Origin: Rikenellaceae bacterium
GTDB taxonomy: Bacteria > Bacteroidota > Bacteroidia > Bacteroidales > UBA932
Length of the DNA stretch: 64,000 nt
Direction: 5' to 3'
Assembly (NCBI GenBank): GCA_003513895.1
Contig: DOSU01000148.1
Coordinates: 21,378-85,377 of the forward strand
The position numbers and the translations under genes are program-made. Shown here one piece after another: positions 39,600 through 48,514 of the stretch. The notes beneath the pieces were generated by a model. It was given only the letters and a program-made list of their open reading frames with translations, had not been told where the DNA came from and made no database searches. The stretch's first letter is position 1; every line of letters starts with the position of its first letter.

Positions 39600-42080
39600 C
39601 TAATAAGTAAAGATTTTTGTATCGTCCCTGTATCCGCTAAGGTTTTTATACCAGTCATTGAAGTCTACTCCTCCGGATAATGCCCATTCGTTGAAGTGCA
39701 GATACGCTAAATCAACCGCCTGAAATTCTAATGGGTAATTGAATGTTTCCGGAATCATGATTCCCCACATCATTCCATCATCGAACTTGTACTTATCTGT
39801 AGGATGCAACTGCTTTCCGGCAAAATAACTTACATCTGCCTTGGTAGTATGAAGGAAAGTCGGGAGATGGATCTCTTTTCCACGGTTTGTTTCACCCAAA
39901 TTATTTGTAATGACAAAGAAATTTATTGAACTCATATTCAAATCCGAAAGGTTAACAGGATTAGCAAATATAATCTTTACAGATTTATCTGGTGTTGTGA
40001 TGTAACTGTCTGGAAGAGTGTTTAAGAACGACAAATATTCTTCTGTAACAATATCTCTTACTTTGTTAAACAATGGAATAACGGCCAAATTCACTCCGCT
40101 CTCAGTTCCGTTCGAACCAACGCCAAATGGAGCTGTTCCCAATACAGGCTCCCCTGTAACGGAGGTCACATTTGAAGCATTAACCTTATCCAGCTGGAAA
40201 GCTGCGGATAATATCAAACTGCTTCCTGCTGCGCGGATGTTGTAGTCAAAATCCATTGAAGTAACTTTGTTCTCCGAATTAGAATAAAGTTTAACCCTGA
40301 AGCCAAGAACCAAGTCGTTCATATCATAGTCTCCCTTCCAAGGCCATAAATCTTCAAAAGCGAATGTTCCCCATGTTGTTTCAGTAGGAAAATAGGAGAC
40401 AAAAGCAACATTTGGATCATTGTCGTCATAATCAAATTCTGCTGCGACACCATCTTCGTCATTGTCAATGATTTCCGGTGCTGGATCCTCAATTTGCCCG
40501 GCAGCATCGTTACAAGTAGATGCCAGTATATTTTTAGTTTGAACTTTAGATAAAATTGAACCATTATTGTTAAAAAGTGCTTCATACAAAAGACTTCCAT
40601 TTGTGCCGGAAGAGCCAATTACAAGATTTGTATGAACAAACTCAATTTTGCCATTTACTTGTGATGCAGCATATCGGAGGTCCGGAACGTTGCCCGTACA
40701 CTTGAAAACCGAGTATGTGCCTGACGAGGATAGAAGATTCATACCATAAACATCTGTTATATTCCCGGTAAGAAACATACTGCTGCCGTTCATGTTCATT
40801 GTTGTGTTGTTTATCTTAAACGTCTGACTCTCCCACAGAGATCCTTCGAATAGGTTTCCAATTGTACCTTGAAGATCCGTAAGATTTGCCGCAATGTTGC
40901 AATAGTTATTTATAGTAGCCCCACCATCGGTTTTTAGACTTGTGGTAGCAACAATTTCATTGAAATTGTCCATAACTGTGCCATTAGTCTGATAATATGT
41001 TTTTGCAGTAATTTTCCCGGAAGGATCATTCACTACTGAAGCATTTGTTGTGATGTTGAATTTTGGTGTGTTAATGATTCCGCTGTTATAGAGGGTAGAA
41101 CTGTTTGTAATAAAAACCCCGCTTTTACTGTCTGTAATCGTAAGGCTCCCCTCATTATAAAATGTACTGGCAACATTCATTTTCATGTCTTTAACGATTG
41201 AAATAGTTCCCTTATTTACGATCGTAATCCCGTCATTGAATTCAACTATTCCGGAAGAGGTTAAGTTGGTGTTTTGCTGCAAATATACTATTGGGATATT
41301 TGCATCAAAAACCCCTGTGCCTAATCCTTTTACTATAACCGATCCGCCATCCAAAATTACAATTGATGATTTGTTAAGGCTCATAGTTGACGAAGACAAA
41401 TTAAGAGTTCCCTTTACGTAGAGAATCGCATGGCCCAGATAGTTGCTCATGTTAGTTGATGCGGTTCTGGTTATTCCTGCAGGAATATAGTAGGATTTAT
41501 AAGTATTACCATATGCAGAACTTTGTCCGGAGCCAAAGCCAAGAATAGTAGTACTGCCTGTTGCGCCAAGCGTTACATCATAGTTTGCCGGGATAGGAAT
41601 TGAAGGTGATGTAAAAGATGCCTTTGTTGCAATTTTCTGTAACGGCTGAGCAATTGCGCTACTATTGTTTATTGTTATATTCAACTGCTGAGAAGAAATC
41701 TCGACCTTTTGAACAGTTCGTTTACCTGTAGGCAGAATCTCCTGAACATAAATCGATGAGAGTGCAGTAGGCAAAGTCAGTTTTACAACGAGGGGGCTCC
41801 CCGGTTTGGCAGCTCCTGATACGACGAGAGAGCCGTCTTTAAGCATCGGAGATGAATATATGCGAATCACTCTTATATAATTGTCGCCAATACCGCTGAC
41901 AGATGGAACCTGAACATTAATATTAACATCATGTACAGTTTTCCAGTTAAAGTCGGTAGGAATTGTTGTTCCTGGCTCAGGGCCGGGACCTGGAGTAGGG
42001 AACTTAACGCAACTACTCGAAATCAACAATAGTAAACCAACAACCAGTAATTTGGTATTAAACAAACGATTGCGAATCAT
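39600..42080 (-). CDS. Large LruC/DUF4842-domain lipoprotein with a central N/G/T-rich, beta-helix-like passenger
   Basis: Start at ATG 42080 (MIRNR); SSSC-VKFP, PTDFNWKT; repeats NKGTI/NEGSL/NSGII; DNDEDGV; FEDLWPWKGDYDMNDLV, EIHLP, WGIMIP..FNYPLE. Confidence 0.8.
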   Translation of the reverse strand: MIRNRLFNTKLLVVGLLLLISSSCVKFPTPGPGPEPGTTIPTDFNWKTVHDVNINVQVPSVSGIGDNYIRVIRIYSSPMLKDGSLVVSGAAKPGSPLVVKLTLPTALSSIYVQEILPTGKRTVQKVEISSQQLNITINNSSAIAQPLQKIATKASFTSPSIPIPANYDVTLGATGSTTILGFGSGQSSAYGNTYKSYYIPAGITRTASTNMSNYLGHAILYVKGTLNLSSSTMSLNKSSIVILDGGSVIVKGLGTGVFDANIPIVYLQQNTNLTSSGIVEFNDGITIVNKGTISIVKDMKMNVASTFYNEGSLTITDSKSGVFITNSSTLYNSGIINTPKFNITTNASVVNDPSGKITAKTYYQTNGTVMDNFNEIVATTSLKTDGGATINNYCNIAANLTDLQGTIGNLFEGSLWESQTFKINNTTMNMNGSSMFLTGNITDVYGMNLLSSSGTYSVFKCTGNVPDLRYAASQVNGKIEFVHTNLVIGSSGTNGSLLYEALFNNNGSILSKVQTKNILASTCNDAAGQIEDPAPEIIDNDEDGVAAEFDYDDNDPNVAFVSYFPTETTWGTFAFEDLWPWKGDYDMNDLVLGFRVKLYSNSENKVTSMDFDYNIRAAGSSLILSAAFQLDKVNASNVTSVTGEPVLGTAPFGVGSNGTESGVNLAVIPLFNKVRDIVTEEYLSFLNTLPDSYITTPDKSVKIIFANPVNLSDLNMSSINFFVITNNLGETNRGKEIHLPTFLHTTKADVSYFAGKQLHPTDKYKFDDGMMWGIMIPETFNYPLEFQAVDLAYLHFNEWALSGGVDFNDWYKNLSGYRDDTKIFTY

Positions 42081-42095
42081 AAGCAAAATTTTATT

Positions 42096-42168
42096 ATATT
42101 TATCAACATATTTATCAACAAATGTACAATTATTTATAGAAAATTTAAAATAATCTATATTAATCAAC
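42096..42168. repeat. 12-bp direct repeat ATATTTATCAAC (two tandem copies plus one 1-mismatch copy)
   Basis: Copies at 42096-42107 and 42108-42119; ATATTAATCAAC at 42157-42168. Confidence 0.6.
42119..42126 (-). promoter_or_regulatory. -7 element (TACATTTG) for the large LruC gene
   Basis: caaatgta on +; its position supports 42080 rather than 42191 as the start. Confidence 0.5.
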
Positions 42169-42237
42169 ATCCAGACAAACAAAATGTTCATTCTTTGAGA
42201 AAGAACAACTAACGAATATTTTTTTTCATAAAAATTG

Positions 42238-42245
42238 TATATTTG
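42238..42245 (+). promoter_or_regulatory. -7 element (TATATTTG)
   Basis: Exact match 23 nt before ATG 42269. Confidence 0.5.
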
Positions 42246-42268
42246 TATAAAGCATAAAAATTTTAACT

Positions 42269-42886
42269 ATGAAAAAGTTTCTGTTTCTATTATTTGTGAT
42301 TATTCCCGGAACGTTATTTTCACTTGGAAAAGGAGAAGGTCAGGCTATACCGAAGATGAATTTTTACGGGGTAGATTTTACTTTGGTTAAAACATTCGGC
42401 GTAAAGGAAGAACCCGGTAAAGTCGCTAAGGCATTTGAAGAGATAAACAAACTTATTGTTTCTGAAACAAAGAAATACCAGTATGGAAATTTCTTTGCAA
42501 AGTACATTAGGGAGATAGACCAGTCTACAGAGTTGAAGAAAATGCAATTTACTACTTTTGATAACGTAAATATTGACGAAACGATATACAGAGCTCGCGT
42601 TATGAACGAAGCAGGAATGCCAACTTACAGCAAAACATTTAAAATTGATAATGCCGCGGTTATTGCTCTAGTTAAGTCTTTCAACACAGGCAAAGACATT
42701 GGCTATGGTGTGCTATATGTAGCAGAACTTTTAGACAAAGAGGCCGGAATGGGGAATTTTATAGCAATATGTTTCAACGTAAAAACCAAGAAAATTGTTT
42801 TCAGCGAAAGGGTTTCCGGAAAAGCAGGCGGGTTTGGATTGAGGAATTATTGGGCATCATCTTTGGAGAAAATCTTTAAACAATAA
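42269..42886 (+). CDS. Secreted hypothetical protein
   Basis: Signal peptide; FYGVDFT, GKAGGFGLRNYW; function unknown. Confidence 0.65.
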   Translation: MKKFLFLLFVIIPGTLFSLGKGEGQAIPKMNFYGVDFTLVKTFGVKEEPGKVAKAFEEINKLIVSETKKYQYGNFFAKYIREIDQSTELKKMQFTTFDNVNIDETIYRARVMNEAGMPTYSKTFKIDNAAVIALVKSFNTGKDIGYGVLYVAELLDKEAGMGNFIAICFNVKTKKIVFSERVSGKAGGFGLRNYWASSLEKIFKQ

Positions 42887-42904
42887 ATAAATTCATTTAT
42901 TATT

Positions 42905-43501
42905 ATGAAAAAGGTTTTATTGTTGGTTTCACTTTTCTTTATCGGATTTGTTGCATATGGCCAGAACATAAAGAAAGCATCTGGCTCCCTCAGTATCCTA
43001 AAGGATATTAACTCTATTAGTGTTTCGTTCACATATGAAAACATGAAAGTTGGTAAAATGACAGAAGAAAAATATGTTCAGGAGAAGATTGATGCCTATA
43101 ATAAGAAAAAAGACGGATGGGGGGATGAATGGCACAAGGCATGGCTGGCAGATAGGGAGGATAGATATGAGCCAAAATTTATGGAGTTGTTTTCAAAATA
43201 CCTTGGAGAAAAAGACATAGAAGCAATTTTCCTGGGAAATGGGGATGTAAAGTTGATTGTAAATGTAGATTTTATCGAACCGGGATTCAATGTGGGAGTT
43301 GCAAGAAAAAGTGCTTCAGTTGATTTTACCTGCAGATTTGTAAACAAAGAAGACGGGAGTGAAATTGCAAAAATTACAATTGAAAATTCTTCTGCAAACA
43401 ATTGGGGAGGTAACGATTATGATGTGGGATTCAGAGTTCAGGAGTCATTTGCCAAAGGAGGCCGGGAGTTGGCAAAATTCATCATTAAGAACGCTAAGTA
43501 G
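42905..43501 (+). CDS. Secreted hypothetical protein
   Basis: Signal peptide (AYG/Q); IEPGFNVG, RVQESFAKGG; 18 nt after the previous gene. Confidence 0.65.
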   Translation: MKKVLLLVSLFFIGFVAYGQNIKKASGSLSILKDINSISVSFTYENMKVGKMTEEKYVQEKIDAYNKKKDGWGDEWHKAWLADREDRYEPKFMELFSKYLGEKDIEAIFLGNGDVKLIVNVDFIEPGFNVGVARKSASVDFTCRFVNKEDGSEIAKITIENSSANNWGGNDYDVGFRVQESFAKGGRELAKFIIKNAK

Positions 43502-43526
43502 TATACATATATTGTCAGTATTCAAA

Positions 43527-43567
43527 AAATGAGAGAGAGATGTTTAACATGCAGTTCTCTTTCATTT
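43527..43567. terminator. Possible bidirectional terminator
   Basis: aaatgagagaga ... tctctttcattt inverted repeat between convergent stop codons. Confidence 0.4.
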
Positions 43568-44156
43568 ACCAATGCATCCATTCACTCATTATTTCCGCTC
43601 CATACTTTGAAATAACCGACTCCGGATGAAACTGAACCCCGTAAATTTTGAACTTTTCATGAAATATTGTCATGGGAATTCCGGTTTCGTTAACGGACCC
43701 TACAGTCAAATCACAAGGTAAAGACGAGGCATTTACTGCCCATGAGTGGTAAAGACCGACCTCTATTTTTGGGAAACTCCCCTTTTCGTCATGAATCTTC
43801 CCTAAAACGGGATCGGAATTATCGGAGAGTTTAAGCAGCGACTTGTGCCCGTGAAGGGGATGTTTCAAGTTTATTAGTTTTCCGCCAAAGCTGCACGCAA
43901 TGGCCTGATGTCCCAGGCAAACACCAAGAATCGAATGGGTCTCTTTACAATATTCTACAACTTTTAACAAATCTCCGGCCTCTTGCGGCAAGCCCGGACC
44001 GGGAGAGAGAATTATATGGCTGAACTCACCCAGTCTTGGAAAGGGTATCCGGTCGTTGTAACATATTTCAATATCGTTGTTTGTAACTCTTTTAACGAGG
44101 TGGACGATGTTGTATACAAACGAATCGTAATTGTCTATGAGCAGAATTTTCTTCAC
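43566..44156 (-). CDS. pabA: Aminodeoxychorismate/anthranilate synthase component II (glutamine amidotransferase)
   Basis: IDNYDSF, ILSPGPG, LGVCLGHQ, YHSW, GVQFHPES; GTG start; next to pabB/pabC. Confidence 0.85.
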   Translation of the reverse strand: MKKILLIDNYDSFVYNIVHLVKRVTNNDIEICYNDRIPFPRLGEFSHIILSPGPGLPQEAGDLLKVVEYCKETHSILGVCLGHQAIACSFGGKLINLKHPLHGHKSLLKLSDNSDPVLGKIHDEKGSFPKIEVGLYHSWAVNASSLPCDLTVGSVNETGIPMTIFHEKFKIYGVQFHPESVISKYGAEIMSEWMHW

Positions 44157-44160
44157 AAAA

Positions 44161-44186
44161 CAAAAGTATATATTTTGTTACATTTG
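44161..44186. promoter_or_regulatory. Back-to-back -7 elements for divergent pabA (TACTTTTG, 44161-44168, minus) and pabB (TACATTTG, 44179-44186, plus)
   Basis: Both are exact TAnnTTTG matches inside a 36-bp intergenic gap. Confidence 0.55.
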
Positions 44187-44192
44187 TATGCA

Positions 44193-45191
44193 ATGAAATA
44201 CAAGGGTATATATATAAAATCGCAGGAAGTACGACGCAGGATGAACGATGCGGGAAAGGTAAGCCGGCCTTTCCTTTTTGCCATAGACTTTGAAATGGAG
44301 AACGGCTTCTTTGTCGATGATCCCCTCAGTCAAAACGATGTATTGTTTCGTATTGGCGAAACAAAGAACTATAAGGAATTAATTTTACCGCAAGACGATT
44401 CTCTTCTTCAAATAAAAGATCTCATTCCATACGGCGATTATTCCGAAAAGTATAAAGCGGTAACGAGAGGCCTTATGAGAGGAGATACATATCTCATTAA
44501 TCTCACGGCGAAAACAGAGATTGAATCTACAATCTCTTTGCAGCAGATATTAAAATCCACTATTTCGCCATTTGGAATTTGTGCCTGGGACAGCTTTATC
44601 TCGTTCTCTCCTGAAAGATTTATAAGGATTGAAAATGGAATTATCTCCTCCTGTCCAATGAAAGGAACAATAGATGCCTCAATTCCGGGTGCTTCGGAGA
44701 TTATACTCAATGACTATAAAGAAAGTTGCGAACACAATACAATAGTGGACCTTATTCGCAACGATATTGGAAAGGTTTCCGAACGAGTATGGGTAGAGCG
44801 TTTCCGTTATATCGACAACATCAAGACCGACAGAGGTGCAATCCTGCAGGTCAGTTCAGACATTCGGGGAGAGCTCCCTTTGGGTTGTAAAAATAATCTT
44901 GGAGATATCATCTTCTCCATGCTTCCTGCAGGATCGGTATCGGGAGCACCAAAGCCATCTACCCTAAAGCTTATCTCCAATGCAGAAGGAGAAAACAGAG
45001 GTTTCTATACGGGTGTTTTTGGCTATTTTGACGGCACTATGCTGGATTCGGCAGTACTCATTAGATTTATTGAGAAAATGGCAGATGGCACACTTTTTTA
45101 CCACAGTGGAGGAGGAATTACTGTGAATAGCAGATGTAAAGAAGAGTATGAAGAGTTAATTGCAAAAATTTATCTTCCTCTTAAAAAATGA
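44193..45191 (+). CDS. pabB: Aminodeoxychorismate synthase component I (short type)
   Basis: PFLFAIDF, GDTYLINLT, SPERF, PMKGT, EH.TIVDLIRND, PAGSVSGAPK, RGFYTG, SGGGIT; ATG at 44193. Confidence 0.9.
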   Translation: MKYKGIYIKSQEVRRRMNDAGKVSRPFLFAIDFEMENGFFVDDPLSQNDVLFRIGETKNYKELILPQDDSLLQIKDLIPYGDYSEKYKAVTRGLMRGDTYLINLTAKTEIESTISLQQILKSTISPFGICAWDSFISFSPERFIRIENGIISSCPMKGTIDASIPGASEIILNDYKESCEHNTIVDLIRNDIGKVSERVWVERFRYIDNIKTDRGAILQVSSDIRGELPLGCKNNLGDIIFSMLPAGSVSGAPKPSTLKLISNAEGENRGFYTGVFGYFDGTMLDSAVLIRFIEKMADGTLFYHSGGGITVNSRCKEEYEELIAKIYLPLKK

Positions 45192-45775
45192 TGAGATTCA
45201 TTGAAACCATAAAAATTGAAAATGGGATTGCCCAAAACCTTGATCTTCATTTGGAGAGAGCATCTAAGACATGTTTATACCATTTTGGATTGAGAATGGT
45301 TTTCCCATTCAGTACAATTATAAACGAATTAAGAAATTCTCATAATGAGGGAATATATAAACTTAGAATAATATACGCCGGCAAAATTGAGCATTTTACA
45401 ATAGAAAAATATCAGCCTAAAATTGTAGAGAAACTTAAAATTGTGGATGGAGGCAAAATTGATTATTCTTTCAAATTTGAGGACAGGCTAGCTTTGAATA
45501 AGCTCCTTGATCAAAGAGGAGATTGCGATGATATAATTATTGTTAAAGACGGATTCGTTACTGATACCTCTTATTCTAACCTTGTATTCTCGGATGGAAA
45601 ACAATTTTTCACTCCCTCAAGTTTTTTGCTCAATGGTATAAAAAGACAGCAGTTGTTAAGAGACGGAAAAATTAAAGAGAAGGAGATTAAGATGGCGGAT
45701 ATAAAAAAATATACAAGCGTTTTTATGATAAACTCAATGTTAGATTTCGCTCAAATCATGAGACTAATTGAATAA
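45188..45775 (+). CDS. pabC: 4-amino-4-deoxychorismate lyase (aminotransferase class IV)
   Basis: FIETIK, LDLHLER, YSFKFEDR, VTDTSYSN, LLNGIKRQ, INSM; overlaps the pabB stop. Confidence 0.82.
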   Translation: MMRFIETIKIENGIAQNLDLHLERASKTCLYHFGLRMVFPFSTIINELRNSHNEGIYKLRIIYAGKIEHFTIEKYQPKIVEKLKIVDGGKIDYSFKFEDRLALNKLLDQRGDCDDIIIVKDGFVTDTSYSNLVFSDGKQFFTPSSFLLNGIKRQQLLRDGKIKEKEIKMADIKKYTSVFMINSMLDFAQIMRLIE

Positions 45776-45792
45776 TAATTGTCTGGTTTATA

Positions 45793-46662
45793 TTATTTTA
45801 TTGGATTTTTTGATGCAATGACAAGTGGGTAATCTTTGGGCTTGAATTCGTCTAATTTGAGCAAAGAATATTTCTTCCCATAAATAATTAAACGTAAAAC
45901 CTTTGCTAAAGGTTCAAATCTTCGGGGAACCCTAAGCAAACTGCCTACTCTCTCAAATTCATAAAAATATTTATATCCACAGTTCATTAACAAATCCACA
46001 ATCGGAGGTACACCTTTGGTATAAACGGCCACTAAAAATTCAAATGCAATTATCGCCTCTCCCGACATTAGAGTAACCTTTAAACCTGATAGCGCTTGAA
46101 ACTCATGACCTTCGGTATCAATTTTTATAAAATCAACTTTTGATAAAACAGGTTTAGGCAGGACATCATCAAGACGATTGACATCTAATTCGATTTTCTT
46201 GAAAATTTCATCTTTGAAACCGATACGGTCTCTTCCTATTTGCGTTTCTCCAATATTTGTAAGATTTTCTAATGCACTTAATTTCCCTTTTATATTGGAC
46301 GCACCTAAATTAATGGCTTTTATATTATCAAACTCTTCAATATTTAATTTCAGTAGTCTGAATGACCTGGGATTTGGTTCGAAACTGATAACATTTTCAA
46401 AAAACTCAGAAAAAAACAAGCTATGATTCCCAATATTAGCACCAATATCAAGGCATACCCTTCTTTTAGCCAATTTGGGGAATATAAATTTTTTTAAATT
46501 TTCACACTCTTCTTTTTCATATCTTCCCCTAGTAAAAATGTCCTGTGAAATAAGGTCGGAGCTATAGCAGGCAATTCTGGGATAATTTGAGTAAAAAAAA
46601 TACCTCTTTCGTTCAAGATAATGCTCTGCAATTCTCCTCTCAATCAGTTCAACGATTTTCAT
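45793..46662 (-). CDS. FkbM-family methyltransferase
   Basis: LDIGANIGNHS, SFEPNP, RLDD, FIKIDTEGHE. Confidence 0.88.
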   Translation of the reverse strand: MKIVELIERRIAEHYLERKRYFFYSNYPRIACYSSDLISQDIFTRGRYEKEECENLKKFIFPKLAKRRVCLDIGANIGNHSLFFSEFFENVISFEPNPRSFRLLKLNIEEFDNIKAINLGASNIKGKLSALENLTNIGETQIGRDRIGFKDEIFKKIELDVNRLDDVLPKPVLSKVDFIKIDTEGHEFQALSGLKVTLMSGEAIIAFEFLVAVYTKGVPPIVDLLMNCGYKYFYEFERVGSLLRVPRRFEPLAKVLRLIIYGKKYSLLKLDEFKPKDYPLVIASKNPIK

Positions 46663-46838
46663 TTCAATAGGATTATTTTTTTTTAAAAAATAAAGGTAAA
46701 ATTATTACTCGAAAAGTCAAAAATGTGTGAATTATATAAGATTTAAACATAATTGAGTAGCATTATACAGGGATAATCTCATCACTTTTGACGCTTCATC
46801 ATTTAAAGTCAAAATAATTTAATTTAAAAGAAGAAGTA

Positions 46839-47477
46839 ATGAAAAAAGTAATTTTAGTTTTCGCATTTGCAACCTTTATGTTTGGTAGCATGTTTGCGCA
46901 AAAGAGCAGTTCCGATTTCAGAGAGAAATTATCGTTTGGCCTAAAGGCCGGTATTAATATATCAAATGTATATGATTCTCAGGGAGAACAATTTAATGCC
47001 GATTCCAAAATAGGTTTGGCTGCAGGTGTTTTTGTTGCCCTGCCGCTGGGGAAATATTTTGGTGTTCAGCCGGAGATTCTATTCTCGCAGAAAGGATATC
47101 AGGGTTCGGGTTCGTTATTAGGTAGCAACTATAGTTACTCTTATACAAGTAATTATATAGATGTGCCATTGTTGTTTGCCATCAAACCAATTTCCATGAT
47201 TACCATATTGGTAGGTCCTCAGTACTCTTTCCTTGTAAAAGATAATTATACTTTTAATAGTGCAATTATTAATATCGATCAGGAAAATGAGTTTGAGAAT
47301 GACAATATCCGTAAAAACACCCTTTCTCTTTTGGGAGGCGTTGATTTTAACTTCAACAGAATTGTTATCGGCACAAGAGTAGGATGGGACCTTCAGGCCA
47401 ATAAAGGCGATGGTACTTCAGAAACTCCACGCTATAAAAATATCTGGTATCAGGCTACAATCGGATTCAGATTCTAA
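46839..47477 (+). CDS. Small outer-membrane beta-barrel (porin/PorT-like family)
   Basis: Signal peptide; FGLKAGIN.S, VQPEILFSQKG, YIDVPLL, GPQYS; terminal IGFRF. Confidence 0.82.
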   Translation: MKKVILVFAFATFMFGSMFAQKSSSDFREKLSFGLKAGINISNVYDSQGEQFNADSKIGLAAGVFVALPLGKYFGVQPEILFSQKGYQGSGSLLGSNYSYSYTSNYIDVPLLFAIKPISMITILVGPQYSFLVKDNYTFNSAIINIDQENEFENDNIRKNTLSLLGGVDFNFNRIVIGTRVGWDLQANKGDGTSETPRYKNIWYQATIGFRF

Positions 47478-47494
47478 TTATCAGCTATTCCATT

Positions 47495-47537
47495 AAACAA
47501 AGCACCTGCACATTTTTTGTGCAGGTGCTTTGTTTTA
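47495..47537 (+). terminator. Strong Rho-independent terminator
   Basis: Perfect 18-bp stem aaacaaagcacctgcaca / tgtgcaggtgctttgttt with a 5-nt loop; separates the porin gene from the NRPS operon. Confidence 0.85.
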
Positions 47538-47608
47538 GCAATTATTGGTTTCATTATTTTTTCTTGTAAATAAGCAGTTTATATACTTGATATTTGGATG
47601 TAAAAAAG

Positions 47609-47616
47609 TAAATTTG
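47609..47616 (+). promoter_or_regulatory. -7 element (TAAATTTG) for the beta-barrel + NRPS operon
   Basis: Exact TAnnTTTG match after the terminator and about 70 nt before ATG 47686. Confidence 0.5.
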
Positions 47617-47685
47617 TAAGCCCAGCCAGACTTGTAAAGCTGAAACTTACATTTTTTGCTCAAAGAACAAACCGACTATATAAAT

Positions 47686-48504
47686 ATGAAAAAACAAATA
47701 GCTCTTGTTTTTCTAATTCTATTATTGATTCCGGGAGAAACATTTTCGCAATCCGCAGAAAATAAACCGGTTGACTATTGGTGGTTGAAGAGTTCTAAAG
47801 TTGATACAGTTAATGGCATACAATTCCACGCAAGCGGGCAATACAGTTTTTCCAAAAAGAAAGGGGTTATAAGTGGAGTAACACATTCCGGCAATATTCT
47901 TCTTGCTGTAAGATTGGGTTCAGTTACGAATTATTCAATTTACGGTATTGACAAAATAGATTTGCATTTAAAAGGTATTGCCAATATCGACTACAAAACA
48001 ACATCTCATTATTTTACGAACTATTTTAACTACGATTTTTCAAGGGTTTTATTTGCCGAGGCAGGATATATATGGGAAAGAGACGATATGTTGCTTCTCC
48101 ATAACAGGTACTCAGTTTATGCCGGAGCAGGCATCAACTTGATTTTGTTTAAAAAATTACAAATAAAATCGCTGCTTGCAGCAGGATGGATTAACCAGAA
48201 TTATACTATTCCCGTTGAAAATATTGATGTTATAAAAGGTCCAAACACAGCTTTTTATACCATGAATAACTTTGTTTATTCAATATTGCCCACTGTTAAG
48301 TTTTCCGGATATGTATTTTATTATACCAACATAAACGAAGGAGGGAGATACAGATACGGTTACAGACTTAATCTCTCAGTGGGCATCATCAAACACATAA
48401 ATCTTGTTGCGGGATACAGTCATAAATTCGACAAGGAGCTTGAAAGGCTGGGGCTCATGGCTATTAATACAAGTACTAACATTGGAGTCGAAGTAAGCCT
48501 GTAA
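47686..48504 (+). CDS. Outer-membrane beta-barrel protein (DUF481-like)
   Basis: Signal peptide from ATG 47686; amphipathic strands (WERD...RYSVYAGAG, LVAGYSHKFD); terminal IGVEVSL; 10 nt before NRPS1. Confidence 0.62.
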   Translation: MKKQIALVFLILLLIPGETFSQSAENKPVDYWWLKSSKVDTVNGIQFHASGQYSFSKKKGVISGVTHSGNILLAVRLGSVTNYSIYGIDKIDLHLKGIANIDYKTTSHYFTNYFNYDFSRVLFAEAGYIWERDDMLLLHNRYSVYAGAGINLILFKKLQIKSLLAAGWINQNYTIPVENIDVIKGPNTAFYTMNNFVYSILPTVKFSGYVFYYTNINEGGRYRYGYRLNLSVGIIKHINLVAGYSHKFDKELERLGLMAINTSTNIGVEVSL

Positions 48505-48514
48505 ATCCAAGACA

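Noticed and set aside
43566..45775. pabABC as a PABA or aminophenylalanine precursor supply for the NRPS
   Set aside because: Separated from the NRPS by unrelated genes and a strong terminator; all visible A domains keep the Asp235 that binds alpha-amino acids; folate synthesis is the simpler explanation.
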